A DNA stretch of 64,000 bases from Eledone cirrhosa (taxonomy: Eukaryota). The position numbers and the translations under genes were made by a program. The DNA is taken from NCBI GenBank assembly GCA_964016885.1, contig OZ024752.1, forward strand, positions 45,880,001 to 45,944,000, written 5' to 3'. This document shows positions 43,803 to 55,743 of the stretch, one piece after another. Each line of letters opens with the position of its first letter. Position 1 is the stretch's first letter. The notes beneath the pieces are model-generated. The model had not been told where the DNA came from, made no database searches, and was given only the letters and a program-made list of their open reading frames with translations.

Positions 43803-46800
43803 CTACAGAACAATGTAGAGAGAAGGCCCATTTACACGGGCCATTCTCGCTTCTTTCACCCACCTTTCATAAAACTGTCTGGGACCAAGCACTTCTCTCT
43901 CCATCCTGATTCTTCTTCCGAAGTGGTATCGGAAGAAGTAAACCAGGTGATGGCCGGAGAGAAAGTCACCCGACCTCAGACCTTTCAGGCGCGTCCACCA
44001 CACAACCTCTTTCATCATGGCTATTACGCACAGAAAGACCGCCTCTGCTTCATTTCTGAAGGGAGGAGGCGGCTTGATGTTCACCACAGACTCGGCGGTT
44101 AATCGAATCGGCGCCACACGCGACAGCAGTCGTTCGACGTAGCCCCACAGATCGGCAACGCCCGGGCAGTGTACCAGTGCATGCGCAACGGTTTCCTCGT
44201 CGCGCACGCATCTGGGACAGATCTTTTTCGCGGGATCCCTGCCCGGGCGCCCGTGTCTGTAGAGCTTTTCTCGAACGGGCAGAGCCCCCCGGTAACACTG
44301 CCAGGCTAGGGACCTCTGGAAGTTGTCCATGGGTCCCGGGCCGAAAGTTCTACCGAACAGGCTGGCCAGTTCGTCCTCCTCCATGCCTAGCGACTCTCCA
44401 AGGGTGTCGTCGCCCCTGCTAGCCACCAACCCTCTATAGAATGTTGAGGTGGATTCTCCACTGACAGTCGGGTCCGCTTGCCAGATAGCCGTGAGCGCCT
44501 GGGCACACTCAGTGTGCCAGTTGCCCAGTTTTCTCGGTCTTTGCTTCACCCAGGATTGCAGTTCGGTGAGCGAGACGAGCTGTGGGAAGGCTCGCCTCAC
44601 AAACGGGGCCCACACCGGCTGACCGTTGAGGAATACCTGTAGATGCCGTAGCCTCAATGCGTGCCTACGCATCAACAGCCACGGCATACCCAGCCCTCCT
44701 TTCGAAGGGTGCTGGCAGCAGATGGATCTCCTCACCATGGGAGGCCGCTTCTTCCAGAGGAACTGGAAGAGCATGCGTTCCATGATGGTGAGCTTTTCCT
44801 TGGGGCAAGGCACGACGGTCAGGCGGTAGTAGATGACGGACGCTATGTAAGCGTTCGTCACCTCCGCCCGACCTTTCAGTGATAGTTTGCACTTGGCCCA
44901 CTTCTGGGTCAGCGCAAACACCCTGCTCGTCACCTCGCCCCAATTCTTCTCCACCTGGAGGTCCGGTCCGAACCAGACCCCGAGCAGCTTCACCGGGCCC
45001 TCCGTCCACCGCCCGACGACACCGTCTAACGGCATCGGTTTGCCCCTCCACGTTCCGAGTTGCAAACCGACTGACTTGTCCTGGTTCAGCTTAGCCCCCG
45101 TCAGCCTTTCGTATTCCTCCAGTAGGGTGGCGATCGCCCCGATTTCCGAGGCGTCCGCCACCATTACTGTTACGTCGTCGGCATAGGCCGAGACCGCTTT
45201 GTGCAATCCCGGTTCCAGGGGTATGCCCCGCAGCAACTCCAACTTCCGCAGCAGTGGCTCGAGAGTCAATACGTACAGAAGGGAGGAGAGGGGGCACCCC
45301 TGTCTGATGGATCGGGTGATTTGAAACGGCTCCGAGAGGTAGCCGTTTACTTTAATCCTAGAGTAGATGTTGCCACTGTGCATGGCAGAAATCCAGCCCC
45401 TGAAAACGGGTCCGAAGCCCGCCGCCGCTAGCACCGCATCCAGGTAACCATGGTCGACCCTATCGAACGCCTTAGATTGATCCAAGTTGATCAGGGCCCC
45501 ACCAAAGCCGGGTTCGTAGCCAACCCTCTCTATGATGTATCGCATGAGGTGGAGGTTGTCGTGAATGGACCTGGACGGGATAGCGCATGTCTGCGCGTCT
45601 CCCACCAAACCACCCACCACAAGCGCCAACCTCTTCGCCAACACCTTGGCCAAAATCTGTAACTCTGCATTCAGCAGAGTTATGGGCCTAAAGTTACTTA
45701 AGTCGTCCCCCTTGCTCTCGTCCTTCCTCACTAGCGTGACCACGCCCTTGGTCACAGAACAGGGAATTCTCCCGTTCTGTTGCCAGTTGCAATAGACAGC
45801 CTCGAGGAGTTCGGAGAACAAGACCGGCATAGCTAAATAAAGTTCGTATGGTAGACCATCGAGACCCGGGGATTTGCGTCTGCTGCATTGGCTGAGCGCT
45901 TCCCCGATTTCAGTGGCTGTGATTGGCCCTTCGCAGCACTCCGCTTCGCCGCTCGAAAGACGCGGTAGACCGTCGAGGTATGGACCGAAGTCCACATCCC
46001 CGTCCGGCCCCCCGCCACCTCCGAACAGTCGAGCAAAGTGCCTTTGAAAGGTCTCGCACATTCGCTCAGGTTCAAGGATCACCCGTCCATCCTGGTCTCG
46101 CAAAGACCGAATGGTGGATTTAATCCCACTCTTGGCTTCTGTCACGCGGGCCCAGCTAACAGCTTTGGTCCCCTCGTTTCCTAAAGCACGTATTTTACTT
46201 CGGACAACGCAGCCTTCGTGCTTCGTGTCAAAGAACTGGCTCAATGCCGTTCTCGTCGCTAACACTCTGGCTACGTCTCCGCTCCTAATCGCCTCTTCTA
46301 GTTTATCTGTTAACTCCCTTTCCCTCCTATTTCTATTCGCCGCTAGTTCCTTACTGTAACCTATCGAACTTACTCTAATCTCTCTCTTTAGAGATATCCA
46401 CCACCTACTGTTGACGATCGCTCCCGTCAACCGCATCTTAACTAAGCTACTAATCCGGTTTCTGTAATCTTTCTTTGTCGGTAAGGACAAGTTCATCTTC
46501 CAGTAACCGGGACCCTGTCTATGCGTTCTATCAAGGTTGACCACGCAGGTCACTAATTTGTGATCTGAATAGCCAACCATGATCAGTTCTGGACAACTAA
46601 ATACGTCCCTATCCTTACTCCTAACCAAAAACCTATCTAGGTACGATCTAGATTGTCCACTGCGGTTTGCCCAGGTCCAGGTTGGCGCAGTTGGACAATC
46701 TAGTCGAAATCTATCGACCAGGTCGAATCGATCGAGTAACCCCTTGAGGCTGCTACACCCCCCTCTATCGGGACATGCCCCTGCATAGTCCCAACGCGCA

Positions 46801-47231
46801 TCTAGGATTCCATTCCAGTCCCCCACTAAAAGCAGGGAACGCGACGTTCCTAGAAAAGTCTCCAGACGTTGGAAGAAGTCGGCTCTCTCCGCCCCGAAGG
46901 GAGCATAAAGACCGACCAGTCTGAAAGCCCCGCCTTCACCACCTCCGACGTCCAGCACCAGTAATCGACCCCCCGGGTCCGAGTGAACAATCTGTACGTC
47001 GAGAGTTAGATGTTTATCCAGCAGTACGGCAACTCCCCCCCCGCCTCCGGGTTGACAGAGAGATGCGTGCATCTCAAAGTCATCGAAGGCGGGCGCCAGC
47101 TGTTTCACGCTGCTGATCCGACTCTCGCAAACAACCATCACATCTATACTTTGTGACCTGAGGTCACTTAGAAGCTTTGCTTGCTTCCAAGCTGAGCTCA
47201 GGCCACGCGCGTTCAAACAGCCAACTCTCAA
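43803..47231 (-). CDS. LINE ORF2: APE endonuclease, reverse transcriptase and C-terminal zinc finger (1142 aa, uninterrupted)
   Basis: Endonuclease motifs LNARGL, GDWN, SYLDRF and SDH; RT motifs KSPGLDGLP, FRPITLLN, LDQSKAFDRVDH, IRQGCPLS and AYADD; GGLG; CPRC..ETVAHALVHC. Confidence 0.95.
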   Translation of the reverse strand: MRVGCLNARGLSSAWKQAKLLSDLRSQSIDVMVVCESRISSVKQLAPAFDDFEMHASLCQPGGGGGVAVLLDKHLTLDVQIVHSDPGGRLLVLDVGGGEGGAFRLVGLYAPFGAERADFFQRLETFLGTSRSLLLVGDWNGILDARWDYAGACPDRGGCSSLKGLLDRFDLVDRFRLDCPTAPTWTWANRSGQSRSYLDRFLVRSKDRDVFSCPELIMVGYSDHKLVTCVVNLDRTHRQGPGYWKMNLSLPTKKDYRNRISSLVKMRLTGAIVNSRWWISLKREIRVSSIGYSKELAANRNRRERELTDKLEEAIRSGDVARVLATRTALSQFFDTKHEGCVVRSKIRALGNEGTKAVSWARVTEAKSGIKSTIRSLRDQDGRVILEPERMCETFQRHFARLFGGGGGPDGDVDFGPYLDGLPRLSSGEAECCEGPITATEIGEALSQCSRRKSPGLDGLPYELYLAMPVLFSELLEAVYCNWQQNGRIPCSVTKGVVTLVRKDESKGDDLSNFRPITLLNAELQILAKVLAKRLALVVGGLVGDAQTCAIPSRSIHDNLHLMRYIIERVGYEPGFGGALINLDQSKAFDRVDHGYLDAVLAAAGFGPVFRGWISAMHSGNIYSRIKVNGYLSEPFQITRSIRQGCPLSSLLYVLTLEPLLRKLELLRGIPLEPGLHKAVSAYADDVTVMVADASEIGAIATLLEEYERLTGAKLNQDKSVGLQLGTWRGKPMPLDGVVGRWTEGPVKLLGVWFGPDLQVEKNWGEVTSRVFALTQKWAKCKLSLKGRAEVTNAYIASVIYYRLTVVPCPKEKLTIMERMLFQFLWKKRPPMVRRSICCQHPSKGGLGMPWLLMRRHALRLRHLQVFLNGQPVWAPFVRRAFPQLVSLTELQSWVKQRPRKLGNWHTECAQALTAIWQADPTVSGESTSTFYRGLVASRGDDTLGESLGMEEDELASLFGRTFGPGPMDNFQRSLAWQCYRGALPVREKLYRHGRPGRDPAKKICPRCVRDEETVAHALVHCPGVADLWGYVERLLSRVAPIRLTAESVVNIKPPPPFRNEAEAVFLCVIAMMKEVVWWTRLKGLRSGDFLSGHHLVYFFRYHFGRRIRMEREVLGPRQFYERWVKEARMARVNGPSLYIVL

Positions 47232-47236
47232 TTGAT

Positions 47237-49073
47237 CTATTTTGGTGTTGAAAGTGAAGAAAGAAAAGCACTTACCTCTCCGGGTTGCGTAATTTCCATG
47301 GCATCAGGTGTGTTGGGTGGAGGGATGTTTTGTGGTGGTGTGGGGGTACACGTGTGTGGTGGGGTTGGGGTATTTGGAGTTGTGTCAGGGAGAGGGGCGG
47401 TTATGGGGAAATCTTTCAAGAGGACGCGATTCAACGGTTTTAAACAGGGGGGGCTCACGTCCCGTCTAAATTGTTCTTTTAAGGAACGATAAAGGTCCAG
47501 AGGGACCTTTATCATTTTTAAATGGGTGAAGTTCTCTGTTGAGATAAAGTTTGGCCCTTCGGTCTGCACCATAGGGTTATTGTTTATTAATTTAACCAGT
47601 TTTTTGTTTTCTTTATTTATATATGTGTATTGCAACGTCTTTTTTTGTGATGCTGTCAATGTTTCGGAGAGGGGAGGCGCAGATTTATTTTTGTTTGTTG
47701 AGGGTGGGGTGTTTTTGATTGGAGTTGGTGTTTGTGTGTGGGTTATTTGTGGTGTGCTGGGTGTGTGTTTTCTTTTTTTTCTTTTAACTTGTCTGAAGGC
47801 TTCTCCTCCTTCTTCTTCAGAAGTTGGGGGAAACTCTTCAGCGCTAGGTGGGAGGGACGTGTTGTGTGGTTGTTTTTTTTTTGCGGGAGGGGTAGATTTG
47901 TTACTGTTTTTTTTATTATTTGTTTGGAATGGGTTTTGTGGTGGTGGTGGTGGTAATGTTTGTGTCGTGCTTGTGGTTGGTAATGGTGGTGGTGATGTTT
48001 GTGTTGTGGTTGGTGGTGGTGATTTTTGTGTCGTGCTTGTGTTTGGTGCTGGTGGTGGTGATGTTTGTGTTGTGTTTGTGGTTGGTGGTGTCTGTATTTT
48101 GTTTGCTGTGTGTGGTATTAGTGTATTTTTGGAGGTGGGTGGTGCTGGTGTACTGTTTGTGGTGGGTGTGGGCAATAGTCCTTTTTGGGGGATACGTTTC
48201 GGGCAGTTAGCCTTAACGTGTCCCCTTTCCATGCATAAATAGCATGCTGGTCTTCTCCCCTCTACAATTATGTCTATTGGGGTAAGGTCATCCAGCCAGA
48301 TGCGATCCGGGATTTGTGCTATTCTTTCGGGCCTCATTTGGACTAGTATGTCGAGGCCCATTCCCAGGAACGCATCTCCAGTTGCCTTCCCCATTGACAG
48401 CATAGTGTCTTCGCCCATATCAATGAAGCCAGCAATAGCCCACCAGAAGTCCATTGTGGGCAGCATTGTTTTTACTTTTACCCTCTGTGTTCTTCTACCC
48501 ATGTAGGAGGGATAGAAGCTATATGTTGTCGACGAGAGTGGGCTTAGGGAAAGCTGAACCGCCGTTTCTTTGTCTCTTGTTAGGACCGAAATGCTGCCAT
48601 AGAGTCGGTCCTTTCGTATGAAGAGAATATTCTTCATATAGTCTTTTAGGACTAACTCTATTTCCATTTGGCTGGGCTGTGCTGGCTTTCTTGACTGGTT
48701 TAGTATAGTTCTGTATATAACTGTGTTTTCTTCTCTGGCTTTCTTGAATTCTGGGGGGGGAGTTAATGGAAAACATTCCGTTCTCTCCCAAAACAATATG
48801 TTTCTTTGCTTCGGCCAGTTTTTCTCTGGCGGCAGTTAGGTCAATTGGTGTGTATGTAATGGATTGCTTTGTTTTCTGGGCGAAAGTTGCCCTGTCGTTA
48901 TTTGTATTATTTTCTGTTTGTTTGTTTTCTGTTTGCTCATTTTCCTTAACATTTGTTTTTTCATTTTGTTTGTTTGTTTCAATGTCTAATTTTGTTGTAA
49001 TTATTTTTTGTTCTTCAGACTTGGGGGGCGTGGCAGAGCTAATGGCAGACATGTCTGCCATCTTTTCCGCCAT
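47237..49073 (-). CDS. LINE ORF1 (CCHC zinc knuckle, Pro/Thr-rich C-terminus), split by a 1-nt frameshift at the G8 run 48753-48760
   Basis: ORF 48519..49100 supplies the N-terminus (MAEKMADM...INSPP). ORF 47237..48796 supplies the rest (EFKKAREE...CYLCMERGHVKANC). Removing one base joins them into ~611 aa. Confidence 0.8.
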
Positions 49074-49445
49074 GCTGCCAAGAAAGAAATTTTTCGGCAA
49101 AAATAGATATTTATTTTACCCCCTAAAAAGGGGGTAAATGCAAAAATGTTTCCCTAAATAACAGGGGTTAGTGTTCCAAATGTGTTGCACTAAAAATTTT
49201 ATCCGGTACTTACAATAGTAAGGGTAAATCCCGATGGAATAGCGGAGCCGATGCGAAGCGTGTCTTACTCTATCAAGATAGATAGATAGATAGATAGATA
49301 GGGGTAGAGACAGAGAGAGTGAGGCAGAGGGAGAGAGGAAGAGAGGGAGAGATAGTAAGAGTTGGAGCAAAACAATAGAAATTAGATAAAAAGATAGAAG
49401 ACGGGCACGTGCACTCGAAAACATAGGGGTTAATAAGGAGAGCGT

Positions 49446-49726
49446 TGTGTATGTATATGTAGGTGTGTATGAGTGTGTATGTATATGGAGGTGTGTATGA
49501 GTGTGTATGTATTTGTGGGTGTGTATGAGTGTGTATGTATATGTAGGTGTGTATGAGTGTGTATGTATATGTAGGTGTGTATGAGTGTGTATGTATATGC
49601 GGCTGTGTATGAGTGTGTATGTATTTGTGGGTGTGTATGAGTGTGTATGTATATGCGGGTGTGTATGAGTGTGTATGTATATGTGGGTGTGTATGTGTGT
49701 GTATGTATATGCGGGTGTGTATGTGT
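49446..49726. repeat. ~30-bp TG-rich minisatellite
   Basis: gtgtgtatgagtgtgtatgtatatg(t/c)(a/g)g repeated. Confidence 0.85.
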
Positions 49727-50448
49727 GAAAGGGGGTAACAAAGAAAAAAGGGGTAAAAGCAGGAAATTGATTGAGATGGAGAGAAGGGGGGAGATACGTT
49801 GTTGCTTAGTAACGGCTAAAACGAAACCGATAAGAGATCAGTGTTGTTGTTGTTGTTGCTGTTGTTGTTGCTGTTGCTGTTGTTTTGATGCTGTTGTTGT
49901 TGCTGCTGTTGCTGTTATTGTTGCTGTTCATGCTGTTGTTATTGTTGTTGTTGCTGTTCTTGTTGCTTTTGCTGTTATTGTTGTTGTTGTTGTTGTTGTA
50001 TTTCCATCAGCCAAAAAAAAAGAAGTGTTTGCAAAGTTAAACAAATTGTTTCGATATTGAGACTTATTGGAGTCAATAGAGAGAGGAGATGGTTGTGAGG
50101 AGAGGGAGGAGGGGGTGTTAGCCTGATTCTACTGATGTTGTTGTTGTTGGTGGTGGTGGTTGTGGTGATGGTGATGGTAGTGGTGGTGGTATTGGTGCTG
50201 GTGGTGCTGGTGGTGCTGGTGGTGGTGGTGGTGGTGATGTGGTGATACTGCTATTGCTGTTACTGTTACTGTTGTTGCTGCTGATGATGATGGTGTCTAG
50301 AGTGTTGTGAGTGTGAGAAATAATTTGCAATAAAAAACAAAATGGAGTTAAACATCAGAAAAGGAAAAATGGAATAAATAAAAAAAGAGAAGAAAGGTTA
50401 AAATAAAGAAAGAAAGAAACGAAATGAAAAACAAAGAAGAGAAAATGA

Positions 50449-50492
<44 letters not shown>

Positions 50493-50835
50493 AAAATAAA
50501 TAAATAAGAAATATAGCAAAACTCTAAACCTGAGAATGTCAGTCTAAACCTTTTAAAGACCGAAATTCTCGTTAAACTCAACAATCCCATTCTGGTAGCT
50601 GAACAATTGTTAAGAATTTCAAATCTTTTGGCAACATTGTTTCTGATTATTCGAAATGTCACCCAAAATTCCATATGATATATTTTCTATATAACATAAT
50701 GCCAAGAAGAGAGAAGAGGGACATTGACTGCGTTTTTTTATTTTTTTATTTAATTATTTATTTTTCATGGTTTAGTGTTTAGAAAGTTTGGCTGATGATT
50801 ATAGGGTTTCGATTCCTGGAACCGCCGATAGAACG

Positions 50836-51031
50836 TGTGTGATGGTATAATTTGTGTATAGTTCATAACAGCTGTGATTGTATAACTTGCGTATAGAGCA
50901 TAACATCTGTGATGGTATAACTTGTGTATAGAGCATAACATCTGTGTTGGTATAACTTGTTTATAGCTTATAAAGTCTGAGAAGGTGTAACTCGTGTATA
51001 AAATCTATACTATAGTTTATAATGTCTGTGA
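50836..51031. repeat. ~35-bp degenerate minisatellite
   Basis: tgtgatggtataacttgtgtatagagcataacatc, about 5 copies. Confidence 0.75.
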
Positions 51032-51207
51032 AGATTTTAGTTGAGAATAGTTCTTTAATATGTAATTATACTGGGCTGGTGGCTTTCCTGGATATATGTA
51101 AATATTGCTGTTGTTGTTGTAGTTAACGGAACTAAATTGACATGTACTCATTGAAGGCTATTTTTACAGTTTATATTTATCTATAAGTAAATCTAACACG
51201 AAGTATA

Positions 51208-51412
51208 TTAACCCTGTAGCATTTAAACCGACCATATCCGGCCAGAATATTCTCAGTGCTTTCTGACCCCAACCGGCCATTCATACCGACATTAAGGTAT
51301 TGTTCTCAATATCTCATAGATTCGATATTATGTGAGATAATTATGTAAGATAAAGCTTTTACTATGAAAATACAATACTTTATATAGAGTAATGTAAATG
51401 CTAAAAGGTTAA
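51208..51412. mobile_element. MITE with TTAA ends (piggyBac-like)
   Basis: TTAA-ccctgtagcattta ... taaatgctaaaagg-TTAA. A related degenerate copy lies at ~37886-37990. Confidence 0.65.
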
Positions 51413-51435
51413 AGATAATTATTTATAGATTATAA

Positions 51436-51508
51436 GCCTCCATAGCTCAGTGGTTAGAGCACTGGTCTTGTAAACCAGGAATAGTGAGTTCAATTCTCAA
51501 TGGGGGCT
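51436..51508 (+). tRNA. tRNA-Thr(TGT) gene, or a pseudogene/SINE head
   Basis: Cloverleaf: acceptor GCCTCCA/TGGGGGC, D stem GCTC/GAGC, anticodon stem CTGGT/ACCAG with TGT at 51469-51471, T stem GTGAG/CTCAA (1 mismatch). The variable loop GAATA is atypical. Confidence 0.7.
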
Positions 51509-51828
51509 TTGGCAATTTGTTTATTTTCAAGGGTGGTGCCCCAGCATGGCCTCAGCCGGATGGCTGGAATAGGTAAAACAGTAAAAAAGTATAGTTGGGT
51601 GGTCAGGTCCTTGTCAGTCAATAGAGAAAGACAAATTTGACCTTGACAGAAGAAGGAACCAGAACCTAAAGGACCGTAACAATACACTACAATACATTTC
51701 CCTCGACGTATCAACGATTCTGTCAATCTGTCACCCTTGATAGTAATTAGGGTCTCTACTTTTGGCACGAGGTCAGCAATTTGAAATGGAGGGGTAAGTG
51801 GAATCAAAATATTTAGAGTTCTTTGAAT

Positions 51829-52022
51829 AATAATTGTTTCTACTTTTGGCACAAGGCCAGAAATTATCCCAGTACATTACTGGTACTTTATTTTATCGAC
51901 CCCGTAAGGATGAAAGGCAAAGTTAACCTCGGCGGGATTTGAACTCAGAATGTAAAGGGCCGTAACTCTTTGCTGCAAAGCATGGCGTCCGACCCTCTAC
52001 CGATACTGCCAATCCACCGCCC
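51829..52022 (-). mobile_element. tRNA-derived SINE, near full length
   Basis: Reverse complement of the family consensus. Confidence 0.88.
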
Positions 52023-52039
52023 TCTCTCTTTAAATAATA

Positions 52040-52273
52040 ATACTTTCTGATTAAGGCATAAAGACAACAATATTTTTTTATGTGGGGAGGAAAGGGAATG
52101 TCGATTAAATCGGCCCCAGCGTGTTACTGGTACTTTATTTTTCGACCACGTAGGGATGAAAAGTATAGCTGACTTCAGCGGGATTTGAACTCAGATCATA
52201 AAGCAAGGACCGCAACTCTGTGCTGCAAAGCATGTTGTCTGACACTCTACCGATTCTTCCAATCCATCGCCCA
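52040..52273 (-). mobile_element. tRNA-derived SINE, more diverged copy
   Basis: tactggtactttattttcgacc...gcgggatttgaactcag...ctctaccgattc. Confidence 0.8.
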
Positions 52274-52404
52274 TGATGATGATGATGATGTTGATGATGT
52301 TGTTGTTGTTAGAAGTTAATATATAAATGTATACCAAACAAGAAAGAACATTTGTTAAGGCCATTAGAAAGATACGCTGTATAATTTATTGGGATCAAAG
52401 ATGT

Positions 52405-52437
<33 letters not shown>

Positions 52438-52458
52438 GACATACGACTACACACACTG

Positions 52459-52495
<37 letters not shown>

Positions 52496-52558
52496 CATAC
52501 GACTACACACACTGACACACACACATATATATATATAGGCATACGACTACACACACTG

Positions 52559-52593
<35 letters not shown>

Positions 52594-52663
52594 GACATAC
52601 GACTACACACACTGACACACACACACACACACATATATATATAGGTATACGACTACACACACT

Positions 52664-52700
<37 letters not shown>
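52405..52700. repeat. Minisatellite of atagacatacgactacacacactgac plus variable (AC)n/(AT)n, ~5 units
   Basis: Direct reading. Confidence 0.85.
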
Positions 52701-52703
<3 letters not shown>

Positions 52704-52740
52704 GGCATACACAGACGGCTGACGAACGTATACCAAATCC

Positions 52741-52772
<32 letters not shown>

Positions 52773-52977
52773 TGTATATGTATGTATATATATGTATATG
52801 TATATATATGTGTGTGTGTGTGTGCTTGTATATATATATATATATATGTGTGTGTTTATGTATGTATATATATGTTATATGTATATATATACATACACGT
52901 ATGTATATATATATGTATGCATGTACATATATATATATATATATATACATACACGTATGTATATATATATGTATGCA

Positions 52978-53033
<56 letters not shown>

Positions 53034-53149
53034 CGTATGTATAAATATATATATATATATATATGTGCATGCATACATAAGTATATATATATATACTTAC
53101 GAATATATATATATATATACATAAGTATATATATATATATACATAAGTG

Positions 53150-53190
<41 letters not shown>

Positions 53191-53297
53191 ACACCATTAC
53201 ATAAGCACGTGTATCCATGTAGTATGTGGGTGTATGCAAACCATTATGATCTTTAGATGTTTTTATCATACACACAGACACACGCACACACACACAT

Positions 53298-53354
<57 letters not shown>

Positions 53355-54361
53355 AACGTGTAGTGCGCGTGCATTCCTGAGTAAATATGCATACATTATT
53401 TGTATTTGCATGTTTATTTCATAAAGACACACATACACACACACGCACACGCGCGCACACACACACACATTCATACATACACACACACACATGCACACAC
53501 ACACACATTCATACATACGCACACATTCATACATACATACATACACACGCACACACACACACGCGCACACACACACATTCATACATACACATACACACGC
53601 GCACACACACATTGACACACACACGCGCACACACACATTCATACATACACACACACATGCACACACACACACATTCATACATACACACACACACACACAC
53701 ACATGCACACATTCATACATTCATACACACACACATTCATACATACACACACACACACAAGTGTTTGTATGTCAATAACTCTAATAACTAGAACTGGGCT
53801 GACATAACAGAAATTGAAATGGTTTTTCTCTGATACATCATTGGGTGGGTGGGTGGGGTGAGTTGGGGTGGGGGCGGGGTGGTGGAGTGGGGTGAGTGGG
53901 TGTACGTGTGTGCGTGGGGGGGGGGGGGGTAGTGAGCGTTTGTGTGTGAGCGTGCGAGGGAGTGCGTGTGTGTGGGTGTGAGTGGGTATGAGTGTGTGTG
54001 AGTGTGACTGTGTGTGTGTGTGGGTGTGTGTGTGCGTGTTTGCATTTGCACACACACAGACACACACACACAGACACACACACACAGACACACACACCAC
54101 ACATGTGAGTGTTTTGTGCACAATTCCCAGCAATTGTGTGTGTCTGTATGCAAATGTTCACACGTAATATGAATATGAATATATATATATATATATATAT
54201 AATTAAACATACATACATATAAATATATAAATATACATTTATTTTCAATTTCGTTTCCTTATGTATATATATATATATAAAAGAGTAATACAGAGAGAGA
54301 GAGAGACGGAGAGAGAGAGAGAAGAAGAGACAAAGACAAGAACGTGAGAGAGAGAGGGGCT

Positions 54362-54393
<32 letters not shown>

Positions 54394-55159
54394 AGAGACA
54401 AAGACACGAACGTAAGAGAGATAGGGGGGCTGAGAGAGAAAGAGTGAGAGAGGGGGTGAGAGAAGGGGGAGAAAGAGTAAGGGAGAGGGGCAGAGAGAGG
54501 GGCTGAGAGAGAGAAAGAGGGAGAGAGAGGGGAAGAGAGAGAGAGAGGGCTAAGTAATATTTGGATGCAAATTATTCGTCTTACATTTTCCGATAATGAT
54601 TCGTTTTGTTTTGAGGTGGTACCACCATATCCTTAGAACTACCTACCTCGCTGTGGCAGTTTGACTTCTAATCGATACTACAATGTATATCGACTCATTT
54701 CCAGGCATTTCTTTTTCTTTTTCTTTTTCTTTTTCTTTTTCTTTTTCTTTTTCTTTTTCATTTTCTTATTCTTTTTATTTTAATATTTTTTTTTTGTTTT
54801 GTTTTTCCTCAAATGAAGTCGTATTATATCTATGGTAGCAAATAACAACTGGGATTTCCATAAGCAAAATCACGATTGCTTTCGTGCCGATGTTCTTGCT
54901 CTAAAGTCTTCATGTAATGTTCTTAATAATACCCCCATATAAAGTTAGGTTATATTTATTTCAAAGTTGACATGCAAAACATTTCGCTTCTCTGTATAAA
55001 GATTTCACGGTCGGTTTCCATTCTGAGCCTGTCAGTCGTTCCATAACTTCGTATTAATATTAACCTTTAGTATACATTAACTTAACTCTAACCTCCACCG
55101 TGACACTCGCTATTTAGTCGAACACTACAAACAAATTCTAAAATTGAAACGATACATAC

Positions 55160-55241
<82 letters not shown>

Positions 55242-55279
55242 ATTAAATAAATGGAAAACTATATTTATAAAACCATATT

Positions 55280-55345
55280 TATTTCATTATATATATTTCG
55301 GGGATATCATATTAACAATATGCTATGCCTTCATCAGACAAAATA
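55280..55345 (-). ncRNA. Minimal type I hammerhead ribozyme motif in the pLTR (same strand as the ORF)
   Basis: tattttgt-CTGATGA-stem II (catatt/aatatg)-GAAA-tatata-TA-atgaaata. Confidence 0.75.
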
Positions 55346-55708
55346 CAATATAAACAGTTTTATAGATAAATATATTCGACATACCGTAATAAACATCAAC
55401 TTCATTTGAAGAGGTTCACTCTAGCAGTGAAAATACAGAGAGAAAGAAAGAGAGAGAGAAAAGAGGGAAATAAGAAAGAAAGAAAGACGAAACGAAGAAA
55501 AGGAAGAAAAAGAAGAAAAAGAAGAAATGCATGGGACAAAATAGAGAGATGGAAAAATAGATAAAGCGAAGAGCTTCATGTAAAGAGACCGAAAGAGATA
55601 TATATATATATATAGAGAGAGGAAATAGAGATAGATACATATATAAATATAGATATAGAAAAATTAGGTAGTGGGAGGTCATTTTGAGTAAGTGTATCAA
55701 TGATGCAT

Positions 55709-55743
<35 letters not shown>

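Larger units (their letters stand above)
43571..49276 (-). mobile_element. Full-length L1/Tx1-clade non-LTR retrotransposon flanked by (GATA)n
   Basis: 5'UTR, ORF1, ORF2 and 3'UTR with AATAAA (~43579-43584). (GATA)n lies at 43529-43570 and 49277-49300. Confidence 0.92.

Noticed and set aside
43706-49137. Short plus-strand and alternative-frame ORFs overlapping the LINE
   Set aside because: They are shadow ORFs of a GC-rich coding region with no independent motifs.
52716-52745. CTGACGA next to (TA)n
   Set aside because: Only a possible 5' half of a core is present, which is too short to distinguish from chance.
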